Shown here: positions 9,644 through 19,725 of the stretch, one piece after another
Numbering within the stretch: the first letter of the stretch is position 1
How the letters are laid out: each line of letters opens with the position of its first letter
Assembly: GCA_965218425.1 (NCBI GenBank)
Contig: OZ244621.1
Location: forward strand, 320,001-384,000
Length of the DNA: 64,000 nucleotides
Origin: an uncultured Candidatus Binatia bacterium
GTDB taxonomy: Bacteria; Desulfobacterota; Binatia; UBA9968; CAXXLF01
Direction: 5' to 3'
Notes under the pieces: model-generated
Seen by the model: only the letters and a program-made list of their open reading frames with translations
What the model was told of the DNA's origin: nothing
Databases searched by the model: none
Made by a program: the position numbers and the translations under genes

Positions 9644-9921
9644 TTACCACCGGGCCGCTATGTCAAAAAATATGGCGTGATGTCTTTTTTACCCTGTCCG
9701 ACTGGGGAAGATGAAATTTGCACATTCTCCATCCCCGTTACCTTAGGGCTTCGGGGCCTCGATGCAGAGGCCCATCGGCTCCCGCTGAGGGGCGGGCTCC
9801 CGAGCCCTTTTTCTCCACCGCGAAGGGATGGCAGTCCTGTAAAGGCACGCTCACTCTGTTGCCGGGAATGGGGTCTCTTACTTGCAGAGGTAGACTTTTC
9901 CTAAAAGAGTCCTCCCCCAAT

Positions 9922-9950
9922 TTGACAGGGTGGGTGCCATCATATATTTT
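9922..9950 (+). promoter_or_regulatory. putative sigma70 promoter for the UbiD gene
   Basis: TTGACA-N17-TATTTT, 45 nt upstream of the ATG. Confidence 0.45.
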
Positions 9951-9995
9951 TGACCACGATTTTCGATCCGTCATAACTGAAAGAAAGGGGAAAAC

Positions 9996-11603
9996 ATGGC
10001 TTATCCCGACATTCACACTCACCTAAAAACACTAGAGGCCGCCGGCTATCTTCGCCGCATTCAAAGGACCATCAACAAGGATACCGAACTTCATCCGCTG
10101 GTACGTTGGCAGTATCGAGGGCTTCCCGAAGAGGAGCGAAAGGCCTGGCTCTTCGAGAACGTGACGGACTCCCGAGGACGGAGCTACAAGTTCCCTGTGG
10201 TTGTGGGGGCACTCGCCGGGAACAAGGACATTTACTTCCTTGGCATGGGCTGTAAGAGCGCTGAGGAAATGGATGAAAAATGGAAGCTCGCTCTAACGCA
10301 ACCGATTCCACCCCTTGTGGTCAACGAGGCACCTTGCCAAGAGGAGATTCATACGGGCGACGAATTGCAGCGCGACGGCCTTGGACTAGACGAATTTCCC
10401 GTGCCCATCTCCACTCCAGGTTTCGACAACGGTCCCTATACCACCTGCTCCCATTGGATCACCAAGGACCCGGAAACCGGAATTCAGAACATCGGCAATT
10501 ATCGCGGCCAGATCAAAGCCCGTACACGCATCGGGGTGTTTCCGTCTGGACTGGGCCAAGACATTTACGTTCATTGGAAAAAGGCACAGGCCAAGGGCGA
10601 ACCGTTACCCGCGGCGCTGGTGCTGGGTGCTCCCCCAGTGGTTTCATACGTTTCAGTGCAAAAGGTCTCCTACGGTGTGGACGAAATCGCAGTCGCCGGC
10701 GGGCTTGTGGGCGAGTCCATACGAATGGTGAAGTGCAAGACCGCAGACCTGCTGGTGCCCGCCGAATCGGAGATTGTCATTGAAGGACACATAAACACCG
10801 AGTGGATCGAACCGGAAGGCCCCTTCGGCGAATCCCACGGCTACATGCATCCGCGCCAGCTGAACCCGTTCATGGATGTCACGGCGGTCACCCATCGAAA
10901 GAACGCCATCTATGTGTCATGGATCAGCCAGGTCACGCCCAGCGAATCCTCAGCCATGCGAAAAATTGGCTACGATCGGCTGATGTTGGTGCATTTGCGC
11001 GACCAGTGCCGAATCCCCAGTGTCCTGCGCGTGGAGATGCACGAGCCACTGACGAATACCTACAAACTCGTGATCATCCAGATGCGCCGCCCCAACGAAG
11101 CAGAGGTGTGGCGCGCGCTGCACGCGGCCTGCTCTTTTCATCCCGGTGTAGGCAAGATCGTGGTGGCGGTGGACGAAGATATCGACCCCTCTAACGAGGC
11201 CGCCGTGTTCTGGGCCATGTGTTACCGCATGAAACCGCACCGTGATGTCCACATTGTAGGTGGCATGGAAAAAGGACACGCCCCCCCGTTTCTCTACAAG
11301 GATGAGCACCGCGGAACGGACGTGGTATCCTACCATTTGCCGGCTGATGAATCTGCAATGCTGTGCAACGCGATCCTGAAAGAACCCTTCCCGCCCATCT
11401 CGTTACCCAAGCGGGAGTACATGGAAAACGCGCGCAAGATCTGGGAGGAACTGGGCCTGCCGAAACTGAATCCCCAGATGCCCTGGTACGGCTACTCTCT
11501 AGGCCAGTGGGACGAGGAGTTGGATGAAGAGGCACGGATGGCAGTGGAGGGACGCCATTACGAGATCGGCGAAAGACTGAAGAAAGGTCGGGTGAAGGCG
11601 TAA
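9996..11603 (+). CDS. UbiD-family (prFMN-dependent) decarboxylase
   Basis: DPETGIQNIGNYR, VPAESEIVIEG, EGPFGE, VAVDEDIDP. Confidence 0.95.
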   Translation: MAYPDIHTHLKTLEAAGYLRRIQRTINKDTELHPLVRWQYRGLPEEERKAWLFENVTDSRGRSYKFPVVVGALAGNKDIYFLGMGCKSAEEMDEKWKLALTQPIPPLVVNEAPCQEEIHTGDELQRDGLGLDEFPVPISTPGFDNGPYTTCSHWITKDPETGIQNIGNYRGQIKARTRIGVFPSGLGQDIYVHWKKAQAKGEPLPAALVLGAPPVVSYVSVQKVSYGVDEIAVAGGLVGESIRMVKCKTADLLVPAESEIVIEGHINTEWIEPEGPFGESHGYMHPRQLNPFMDVTAVTHRKNAIYVSWISQVTPSESSAMRKIGYDRLMLVHLRDQCRIPSVLRVEMHEPLTNTYKLVIIQMRRPNEAEVWRALHAACSFHPGVGKIVVAVDEDIDPSNEAAVFWAMCYRMKPHRDVHIVGGMEKGHAPPFLYKDEHRGTDVVSYHLPADESAMLCNAILKEPFPPISLPKREYMENARKIWEELGLPKLNPQMPWYGYSLGQWDEELDEEARMAVEGRHYEIGERLKKGRVKA

Positions 11604-12083
11604 CAGATCATCATCTCGTCATTGACAACGTTGGGAAATAGTGGGATCGAGGCCCCGTCATTTGATTCGATATGCCAACCTGTCATGAGCCTACAGTATC
11701 GGACGTCTCCCTTCTCTTCGTGCGAGGCCCTCTTCGCCCTCGGTTCACTGCTCAACAAGGGGAGCGAGGCGTAAGGCCGGGGGCATCGAACGCGCTGATC
11801 CAGATATTCACTGGCCCATTGCCCACGGCCGCAGGCTCGCTTCACGAGTAGACTGTGGGCTCGGTGGCTTGCCGTGAGTTGGCCAAAGTCGCATTGTAGG
11901 ACCTCCTTATTTCAAAAGCGGGAACATTCAAAATTTGGATTCCGACGGCTAGGAAACAAAATACTTTTTATAAAACACACCCAGCCGTCTTTGTCCTAAT
12001 TTTCAATCAGTTAAACCGATGGCATTTTTCTTGCACTTCGCTCTGCCTTATTCCCAACCAAAAGATTTGATCATGCTTACCCA

Positions 12084-12342
12084 ATTCTCGTCTCCCATTT
12101 CGGCGACGCTGGAAAACTGGAAGCCAGGAAGCTGCTGGAGCGGCAGGCCTTCAACCAGCGGTTGGAGAACCGGCTCGAATTCTTCGTTTACACGGCTTTC
12201 ATCGACCGGGACGGGAAATATCAGCTCACGATGCTGCATCATTCGGGGTTTTCACCGGTGGCCAACAGCATGGGCCCCACGTTGAAGGAGGAATCGTTCC
12301 ATCTCTTCACGGGTCAGACCGGCCTCACGCGGGTAGTCAAAG
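12084..12342 (+). pseudogene. internal fragment of a benzoyl-CoA epoxidase BoxB/PaaA-like di-iron protein
   Basis: ILVSHFGDAGKLEARKLLER...FFVYTAFIDRDGKYQLTML...LKEESFHLFTGQTGLTRVV matches the recalled BoxB DRDGKxQL and EExxH motifs. No N- or C-terminus. Confidence 0.75.
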
Positions 12343-12359
12343 AAAAAAGAAGAAACCCC

Positions 12360-12551
12360 ATGAGCCAAGCCGCGCATACCAACGAAATGGATGAACATCT
12401 CAAAGAGGTGGTGCAAGCCCTCAACCGTGCGGTCAATGGGGCCATACCCCACGCTAAGGATCCCGGTGTTGCTGATAAAGCCATCCAGGATTGTAAAGAA
12501 ATCCTGGACACAGTGATGGAGGGAGGAGTCTCGGAGTGGCTAGATTCCTGA
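12360..12551 (+). CDS. small hypothetical helical protein (63 aa)
   Basis: MSQAAHTNEMDEHLKEVVQALNRAV... has protein-like composition and is in frame with the upstream BoxB-like relic. Confidence 0.45.
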   Translation: MSQAAHTNEMDEHLKEVVQALNRAVNGAIPHAKDPGVADKAIQDCKEILDTVMEGGVSEWLDS

Positions 12552-12675
12552 TTGGTTTAAATCCATTCACAATCAATCGGAATTGACCATAATCTTTTGG
12601 CCCATTACTTAAAAATGTGCAGGAACTTGCGCTGGCAGGTGGAGTTGCGCTAAGTTATAATCAGAGCCGTCAGCC

Positions 12676-13842
12676 ATGATCATTGACTGCGATACGCATA
12701 TTATCCCAAGAAACGCCTTTGACTATATAGATGAAGGGTCGAAGCAGGTGCGGCCTCTTCTACACTTCGATAAACAAGGGCTCTACACTCACTCGGAATT
12801 TCCCGGGGCCGCCCCCCTCGTTCCAGGGACGACTCCCCTTCCCTCCTTTTCCACGTCCCGTGGAGGGTCCGGTACGGATCTTCTGGGGATGACAGACATG
12901 GAAGTGAGGCTCAAGGACCTTGAGCGGCTCGGGGTGGACCAACAGGTCCTACTACCCCAGTTTACCCCCTGGGCGTGGTCCAATCTTCTCGATCCCCAAC
13001 TCGCTGCGGCCATTGCGCGGTCATACAACCAATCCATGGCAGCGATCTTGAAACAGTACCCAAAGAAGTTCATCGGTGTTGCCCATGCGCCCCTGCAAGA
13101 CGTTAAAGCGGGGATTCGGGAGGCGGAGTGGGCCCGAAAGAACGGCTTCAAGGCAGTGGTGATGGATTATACCTACGCTGTAAAAGAGCATCCCTATGGC
13201 GAAACATTGGGTGAACACCCAGAGCTTCGTCCCATATTTCAGAAGCTTGAAGAGATGGACATGGTGTTGTATCTCCACGCGGTGCAACATGGTCACCGGG
13301 CGATCAACTTTAGAAGATTCCAGAGGATCGGGCTGGACATCTTCGCTCCCCACGACGGCCACATGACTCTGGTGTCCCTGATCACCAGCGGCCTGTTGGA
13401 TGACTTTCCCCAACTTCAAGTGGTTTACACGGAAGGAGGCACCGGATGGATCAAACCTCTCTTCCAACGGATGGACACCCGATTCGAACGCAACCTTCCC
13501 GATTACTCTCGAGATGCGGGGATTTCGGCCCGCAGACCCAGTGGTCCTCCACGGCTGGTTCCCAAGGAAGAAGCCGCCGCCAAAAACAAACTTAAACCCA
13601 GCGACTACCTGCGGAGAAACGTCCATTTCACCATCGAGACCGAGGAACCGGAATTGGCCGAGGCAGTTTCATTCCTGGGGGCGGAGCGGTTTCTCTACGC
13701 AACGGACTACCCCCACGACGATCCCGGCGGTCTCAAGAAATGGGAAGACAGGGAACTCCTTGAGTCCAATGGAAGGATCTCACAGGCAGACAAAGAACTC
13801 ATTCGTTGGCAGAACGCCCACGCGCTATTCAAGCAATCGTGA
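12676..13842 (+). CDS. amidohydrolase family protein (Amidohydro_2; decarboxylase/hydratase-like)
   Basis: IIDCDTH, LYLH, TEGG..W, YATDYPHDD. Confidence 0.9.
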   Translation: MIIDCDTHIIPRNAFDYIDEGSKQVRPLLHFDKQGLYTHSEFPGAAPLVPGTTPLPSFSTSRGGSGTDLLGMTDMEVRLKDLERLGVDQQVLLPQFTPWAWSNLLDPQLAAAIARSYNQSMAAILKQYPKKFIGVAHAPLQDVKAGIREAEWARKNGFKAVVMDYTYAVKEHPYGETLGEHPELRPIFQKLEEMDMVLYLHAVQHGHRAINFRRFQRIGLDIFAPHDGHMTLVSLITSGLLDDFPQLQVVYTEGGTGWIKPLFQRMDTRFERNLPDYSRDAGISARRPSGPPRLVPKEEAAAKNKLKPSDYLRRNVHFTIETEEPELAEAVSFLGAERFLYATDYPHDDPGGLKKWEDRELLESNGRISQADKELIRWQNAHALFKQS

Positions 13843-13873
13843 GAGCTAATACTCACATGTTCGGAGGTGTCAC

Positions 13874-14502
13874 ATGGATATTGATGGACTACTGGAGATT
13901 ATAAAGAAGCGGAGGCACAACGGAAGAGTCAAAGCCGATCCGATCCCTGACGAGTCACTTAAAAAAATTATCGAGGCTGCCAGTTGGGCACCCTCTGGAA
14001 ACAACGCGCAACCCTGGGAATTCGTCGTGGTTAAAAGCCCCGAGACGAAGGCCAAGATTAGAGAGCTCACGGAACCGCCTCCGCAGGCCGGCGGACATGG
14101 CCATGGAGAGGCCCCCGTGGATCCACCCGTGGTTATCATGGTCTGTGGTGATACCCGAATCAAAGAGTCGTACCCTGAAAACGTGAACAGGACGGAGGTC
14201 TTCTACTCGAGCCTGGCGGCATGCATTCAAAACCTGCATCTCGCTGCGGCAGCTTGCGGTCTAGCCACCAACTGGGGCACGTGAGGGAGGCGGGAATGGG
14301 CCGCCTTGCAAAGGCGGTGGATCTCCCCGAAGGCATAGAGATCATCGCCATGGTACGGCTGGGCTATCCCCAGCAATCGCCGCCCCCAAAACGCCGAAGG
14401 TCTTTCCAGGAAACTGTGCACCTGGACAAATTCGACACGGCCAAGCTCCGGGATGTGAAGAAGTTCATCGAAAGCGACGGAAAGGGATGGGGAAGACTGT
14501 AG
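13874..14502 (+). pseudogene. nitroreductase family protein with a single-base frameshift at about 14280
   Basis: WAPSGNNAQPWEF and IQNLHLAA..GLATNWG in one frame; VRLGYP...RRSFQETVHLDKF continues in a different frame. Confidence 0.8.
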
Positions 14503-14722
14503 GCGTGTCAGGACCCTGGTTACGACTTTCCTTTGATAATACTCTCTGTCTGTAAGATGATTTCCGTGGCGGTAGCTTTGTCTCTCAGGAAAAATCCGCT
14601 TGAGCAGCGGATACTGCCGGACAAGTGACGTGACAAGAGGAGTGAAATTGGACGGTAGAGAACAAATAAGACATGGAAACGATCCAATGCGCGAGGAACG
14701 GAAACCGAGATGGGATGGTGGA

Positions 14723-15955
14723 TCAGATTTGTTCCATAACCGGAACCTGGTGCGACATGAAGACTTCTCGCCGCTCGGCTGCGGACCGGAGAATACCCAA
14801 ACAAACCTCGAGTGTGGCTTCCCCCCATCTACCGTCATGAAACATGGGACGACCATTCACCACAGCCTCGTAGAGCTCCGTGATCTCCGCCTGCCGTCCC
14901 ACCATGGCCTGCGCAAGGGGTATTTCTTTCTTTTCTTCTTCCCCGTAAATGAGAATACCGTCTTGCGACTGCCGGATATCCCCCTTTTCGCAAGTAGCGA
15001 TCAATGGCCCGAAAAACTTTTGATGCCGTCTACGATTCTGTGATGGCCCCTCATTCAACTCCCAGCCATGACCGATCTGCCCGCGATCCAGCTCCCCAGC
15101 CCCATAGCGCAATTGTTCCTTGAATGCCTCGATGGTTCTTCCTCTTTCGGAACCGCGCAGGCTGTTGTAGCTCCTTCTCGCCTTGACATTGGCATCGGAG
15201 TCTCGCGTCTGCCCACCTTCCCCGATCCACCAGTGGATTTCGGAACTATCAAAAAACCCGTAGCCGCTGTAGACCATGGTCGCTGGTACACCGTTTTCAA
15301 ACTCGATGTAGCAAGCATAGGCGCCTTCACCCGGACGGGTGGGATCCCACCTCCCTGCCATAGCTCGGACACTCCTCACCATGCCACCGCCTAAAAGGCG
15401 CAGGATGTCCACTTGATGTGGCCCCTGGTTCAAGACCACACCCCGGCTCACGGCGAGCTCATGATCCGGATAAGGTCGAACCATAAAATCGTTAAAATTC
15501 CAGGTGTGGATCATGCAGAGCTTTCCCAACTCACCGCTAGCAATGATCTCCCTCATCTTCCTTATGGGTGGGTCGAAACTCTTCGTGTGACCGCACAGCA
15601 GTTTAACCCCGTTCTCATCCGCCGCGCCGTTCATTTGTTCGCACTCTTCCAGAGAAAGAGCCATGGGTTTCTCAACGATCACATGTTTCCGATTCCTCAA
15701 GGCAATAAGCGCATGTTGCGCGTGCAGTTCGTGTGGAGTGGCGACATAAACAGCATCCACATTGGAGCTTTGACACAGCTCCTCGATACTGTCATAGGAC
15801 TCGCCTTGAAAATTCTGGCGAAACGTCTCAAGGGCATTGGTTCTGAGATCCGCTGCTGCCGTGACCTCGATGTAGGGAAGTGCGGCAATTTCAGGCAATA
15901 CCCTCGTCGCCGCCTCTCCCAGACCTGCAAATCCCAGCCTCAGTATTTTTTCCAT
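14723..15955 (-). CDS. Gfo/Idh/MocA oxidoreductase, phthalate cis-dihydrodiol dehydrogenase (OphB/Pht4)-like
   Basis: GFAGLG, VATPHELH, VEKPMA, WNFNDFMVRP, QGPHQVDILR, HDGRWGEATLEVC. Lies downstream of a Rieske oxygenase. Confidence 0.85.
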   Translation of the reverse strand: MEKILRLGFAGLGEAATRVLPEIAALPYIEVTAAADLRTNALETFRQNFQGESYDSIEELCQSSNVDAVYVATPHELHAQHALIALRNRKHVIVEKPMALSLEECEQMNGAADENGVKLLCGHTKSFDPPIRKMREIIASGELGKLCMIHTWNFNDFMVRPYPDHELAVSRGVVLNQGPHQVDILRLLGGGMVRSVRAMAGRWDPTRPGEGAYACYIEFENGVPATMVYSGYGFFDSSEIHWWIGEGGQTRDSDANVKARRSYNSLRGSERGRTIEAFKEQLRYGAGELDRGQIGHGWELNEGPSQNRRRHQKFFGPLIATCEKGDIRQSQDGILIYGEEEKKEIPLAQAMVGRQAEITELYEAVVNGRPMFHDGRWGEATLEVCLGILRSAAERREVFMSHQVPVMEQI

Positions 15956-16031
15956 GTTGGTTGACCGATCTTTCCAGCAGTGTCCAATTCAACCCCTTCT
16001 GATTGTTCCTCCGGTGAGCTTCGCTAATTGC

Positions 16032-17159
16032 TTATCTCCTCTTCCTCTCTGCCAAGGCTGAATTAATAATTTTTACGATGGGTTTCATCTCACGACGACC
16101 TGGAACGTCTAGATCAATATATTGAACACCCTCCATTCGTCGCCTGTTTGCTCGAACAATGTCCTTCGGAATATCGACGCGTAGGGAATCCTGGGCATCC
16201 CCCCCAATGTCAACCCCTGTCTCCATGAAAGCCATCTGTCCTTCGCGCGACAGGAGCCAGTTAATAAAAACTTTTGCTGCATTGGGGTGCGCTGCCCTGT
16301 TTACCAAAGCGAGGGTGCTACCCAGTGAAACCAGCCCTGCCCCCTCTTTCATCATGCTAAACTCTTCTACCGGTAGCCCTTGGCGCTTGGCTGTTGATAT
16401 ACCCGAACAGGCAAAACAGATAGCGTATCTGCCCTGGGCCAACCAATCCGTCCCCTGGCGGAAACTGGTAAAAAGCGTTATATCCATTTCGCCAAATAGC
16501 CGTTTTATGAATTCGGGCCCAATCTTCGGATTGTGATAAAAAAACCGAAGGGCCCCGTTGCCCGGTCCGGGCCGCCTCGCATCCCGCGCCCCGATCTTCC
16601 CCCTCCATTTGGGTTTTAGCAAATCCCATACGGACTTGATTTCTTTCGAATCCACAAGCTTGGTGTTGTAAGAAAGACTTCCTAACTGGGGTGCGCCAAC
16701 CACGCGAAACACATACCGACCCCGATCGTCCAGATAATGGTGTCTGCCCTGCCACCATAGAGATTGGTCAACCACCTCGGGCAACATCAGTGCAGGCTTA
16801 ATGGGATCAAACGCCTTGCCCCTCTTATGTAAAACCAAATAATTCGAGTTGAACCCTTCCATGCTTACATCGGCGAGAAACTTTCGAGCCCTCCGTTCCG
16901 CGAGAATGCGCTGCGCAACCATGCCTCCCCGTCCCTGAAAAACCACCGTTTTGATTTCAGGGAATCTCTTCCGGAACCGAGCTGCCAGTAAATGAGCATT
17001 GGTGTTGTAATTGTAAAAGTTAACCTGGCCTTCCTTTTTGGCAGCCGCTACTGTTTTTTCCCACTTCGCCTTCCAGCCAGGCTCGCCTTGCCCCGCAACC
17101 ACCGTGCCCGCCACCGGCATGAATAGAAAAGCTAAAAGCAATTGAGCCATCAAAACCAT
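16032..17159 (-). CDS. ABC transporter substrate-binding protein (Fe3+/polyamine/thiamine class)
   Basis: Hydrophobic signal peptide, AAAKKEG, YNTKLV, DLLKPKWRGKI, AAHPNAAKVFINWLLSREGQ. Confidence 0.9.
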   Translation of the reverse strand: MVLMAQLLLAFLFMPVAGTVVAGQGEPGWKAKWEKTVAAAKKEGQVNFYNYNTNAHLLAARFRKRFPEIKTVVFQGRGGMVAQRILAERRARKFLADVSMEGFNSNYLVLHKRGKAFDPIKPALMLPEVVDQSLWWQGRHHYLDDRGRYVFRVVGAPQLGSLSYNTKLVDSKEIKSVWDLLKPKWRGKIGARDARRPGPGNGALRFFYHNPKIGPEFIKRLFGEMDITLFTSFRQGTDWLAQGRYAICFACSGISTAKRQGLPVEEFSMMKEGAGLVSLGSTLALVNRAAHPNAAKVFINWLLSREGQMAFMETGVDIGGDAQDSLRVDIPKDIVRANRRRMEGVQYIDLDVPGRREMKPIVKIINSALAERKRR

Positions 17160-17178
17160 ACTGTCGTCTCCTTTCCGC

Positions 17179-18453
17179 CTATTTCTCCCTCTTTAACTGG
17201 ATGCGACCCTCTAACCCCTTGATATATTCCTTCCAAGGTTGTGAATTTGGAACCTGGTCACTACAGGCATCGATTAAAAAATAATTCGCTTTGGGGTCAC
17301 GAACCACGTTTGTCGGTTCTCGACCCTCCTGGAGATCTCTTATGGCTTTCAACAGAACCTTGCGGGCGGCCACCACCGGGATATCCTGTGAGGTCAAATG
17401 CTCCTTCGTCCTGTCCTGCACATAACCCATTCCCTCCGTTACACACAGATCCTGGACCTGGAAGTTAAGGCCTATACCGCTATAGACTTTGCCCTTCATG
17501 GATTGGTTATCCTGCATGTACCGATTGCCCCGGTGACGCTTGGGCCTGTAGTCCGGTGTCATCTCAGCACGTTGCCTCCTCGTCGCCTCCATTCCAATGG
17601 GTCCTTTCCGACTAAAGATGAACGTATACTTCCAGTGGTGCTCATCATCGATGGGCACGTGCCAATTGACCGCATAGGTTCCCTCAGCCGCGTACTGCCC
17701 TCCGAAGAAACAGGTAAAACTAGGGAGGACAAACTCCGTCATATAAAGGTGATATTTATCAGGGTCCGCGAGCCGCCGAATCTTGTAGCTCCTGACACCG
17801 TACTCTGTTAACTCGGCATCATAGGATTCCATCTCCGGAGCCGCGCCTCGGCGGTTTAGGCCGTCGTCACCCAGCGTGCCGGGCTCAGCGCGAGTCGAAT
17901 TATAATGCAAGAAGGAAAGATGGGTAAGATCAATATTTCCTTCATTGCCCTGCAAGTAATTGCAGTCACTGAAGAGCTTGATGACAAATGCCCGATCACT
18001 TGGAGCAGCGAGAAATTCATAGTTTGGAAACAAGGGCGGGTTGCCTGGACCCATGTAGGTAAAGACAGCGCCTGCGTGTTCCTCGCAGGGATAGGCAAGG
18101 TGACGAATAGAACTCTTATGTTCGCCTCCACCGGGTTCACCGGGCTGATCGAGACACCGGCCGTGAATGTCGTAGAGCCAACCGTGATAGATACACCGAA
18201 GGCCCCCATCTTCCACCCGGCCATAACTCAAGTCTGCGCCGCGGTGGGAGCAATGAATGCCAAGCAACCCCGGCTTGCCCGCATCATCACGGAACAATAC
18301 CAGATCCTCCCCCAGCAATCGTACGGGCACGGGGGCGCCCCCCAGCGGCAACTCTTCGGAAAGCGCCGCCGGTATCCAGTACCGCCGCATGAGATCTCCG
18401 CAAGGTGTCCCCGGGCTCACCTTTGTCAACAGTCTGTTTTCTTCTTCCGTCAT
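17179..18453 (-). CDS. Rieske non-heme iron oxygenase alpha subunit (phthalate 4,5-dioxygenase/LigXa-like)
   Basis: CSHRG...CIYHGW Rieske ligands, EGNIDLTHLSFLH mononuclear Fe motif, QD, EHL. Confidence 0.93.
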   Translation of the reverse strand: MTEEENRLLTKVSPGTPCGDLMRRYWIPAALSEELPLGGAPVPVRLLGEDLVLFRDDAGKPGLLGIHCSHRGADLSYGRVEDGGLRCIYHGWLYDIHGRCLDQPGEPGGGEHKSSIRHLAYPCEEHAGAVFTYMGPGNPPLFPNYEFLAAPSDRAFVIKLFSDCNYLQGNEGNIDLTHLSFLHYNSTRAEPGTLGDDGLNRRGAAPEMESYDAELTEYGVRSYKIRRLADPDKYHLYMTEFVLPSFTCFFGGQYAAEGTYAVNWHVPIDDEHHWKYTFIFSRKGPIGMEATRRQRAEMTPDYRPKRHRGNRYMQDNQSMKGKVYSGIGLNFQVQDLCVTEGMGYVQDRTKEHLTSQDIPVVAARKVLLKAIRDLQEGREPTNVVRDPKANYFLIDACSDQVPNSQPWKEYIKGLEGRIQLKREK

Positions 18454-18503
18454 GATGACACCTACCTAAACAATTCGCACCTTAGGATGATCCCGTCCAA
18501 AAA

Positions 18504-19694
18504 TTACCTATTTCGCCGCGCTTTGGCATCGGCCAGGGCTTTTTTGTAAATCTTGAGAACGGGCTTCATATCGATCACTTCCGGATTGAACAGCTCGATA
18601 TACTCCACACCCTCGATGCGCCGGTCCTCCGGTAAGATCCGATCCTTAGGAACATCGAGCCTGAGGGAGTTCGGGACATCATTACCGGACCGGCCATAGG
18701 AATTTTGAAAGGTGGTTTGCCCCTCCCGAGAAAGAAACCAGTTGATGAAAACCTTTGCGGCATTAGGATGGGGCGCTTTATCCAACATAACAATTGAATG
18801 TCCCTTATCAGCGAGCCCGGCTCCTTCCTTCATCAGTCCCATCGTATCCACCGGAAGCCCTTGACGTTTAGCCCTGGTGATCCCGCTGCAGAAAAAGCAT
18901 AGGTGAAACTTGCCATTGATAAGCCAGTCGGGACCCTGACGGGGGTTTCGGAACAGGGTTATATCCATCTCCGTGTAGAGACGACGGATAAATTCTGGCC
19001 CTATTTTCGGGTGATGATAGTAAAACCGCATGGCCCCACTGCCTGGGCCCGGGGTGCTGATGTCCCGAGCCTCCATTTTCCCTTTCCATTTAGGGTCCAA
19101 CAGATCCCAGGGGGATTTAATTTTTTTCGGGTTTACTAGCTTCGAGTTATACGAAAGGGACCCGTATTGAGGCTCCCCCACATAGACAAATACGTATTTG
19201 CCCTCGGGATCGGCATAGTAATGCTTTTTATGCCACCAATTGGTTCGATCGAGGACTTCGGGAAGGACCAGAACAGGTTTTACGGGAGCCAAGATTTTAG
19301 CTGGATAGAACAATGTAGCGTTGGGATTGACACCGTGCGTGATGACGTCAGCCAGATACTTTCCAGCCCTTCGCTCCGTTAGGATGCGCTGCTCGATTTG
19401 ACCTCGCCGACCTGCAACTCCAACGACTCTGATTCCAGGATAACGCTTTTGAAATACGCCTGCATCCAATACGGAAATGGTGCTCCACATATAAACGTTC
19501 ACCTGGCCCTCTTTTTTCGCGGCTTGCACCGTCTTTTCCCAATCCTGTTGCCAGCTCTGCGTTCTCCCCTGGGCCTGGGCCACACCGATTTCCACAGTCA
19601 GTTGAACCATGAGTACGCCAAGGCTCAACAACCCAAGGCAACAAATATAAGCGCCGCAGAAAAAAGAGCCTGCGATGATCTTTCTCTTCGTCAT
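18504..19694 (-). CDS. ABC transporter substrate-binding protein, close paralog of 16032..17159
   Basis: Hydrophobic N-terminus, AAKKEG, DLLDPKWKGK, APHPNAAKVFINWFLSREGQ. Start chosen from the GGAGG RBS. Confidence 0.9.
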   Translation of the reverse strand: MTKRKIIAGSFFCGAYICCLGLLSLGVLMVQLTVEIGVAQAQGRTQSWQQDWEKTVQAAKKEGQVNVYMWSTISVLDAGVFQKRYPGIRVVGVAGRRGQIEQRILTERRAGKYLADVITHGVNPNATLFYPAKILAPVKPVLVLPEVLDRTNWWHKKHYYADPEGKYVFVYVGEPQYGSLSYNSKLVNPKKIKSPWDLLDPKWKGKMEARDISTPGPGSGAMRFYYHHPKIGPEFIRRLYTEMDITLFRNPRQGPDWLINGKFHLCFFCSGITRAKRQGLPVDTMGLMKEGAGLADKGHSIVMLDKAPHPNAAKVFINWFLSREGQTTFQNSYGRSGNDVPNSLRLDVPKDRILPEDRRIEGVEYIELFNPEVIDMKPVLKIYKKALADAKARRNR

Positions 19695-19725
19695 GGTCAT
19701 GCCTCCTATGCGGTCATGGTTGGGA

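Noticed and set aside
9690..9815. Possible TPP or cobalamin riboswitch (CTGAG, GGGAAG words)
   Set aside because: The remaining consensus elements are absent; kept only as a generic structured segment.
11620..11910. Strong minus-strand RBS (AAGGAGG) with a 28-codon ORF and local palindromes
   Set aside because: No recognisable homology or consistent frame.
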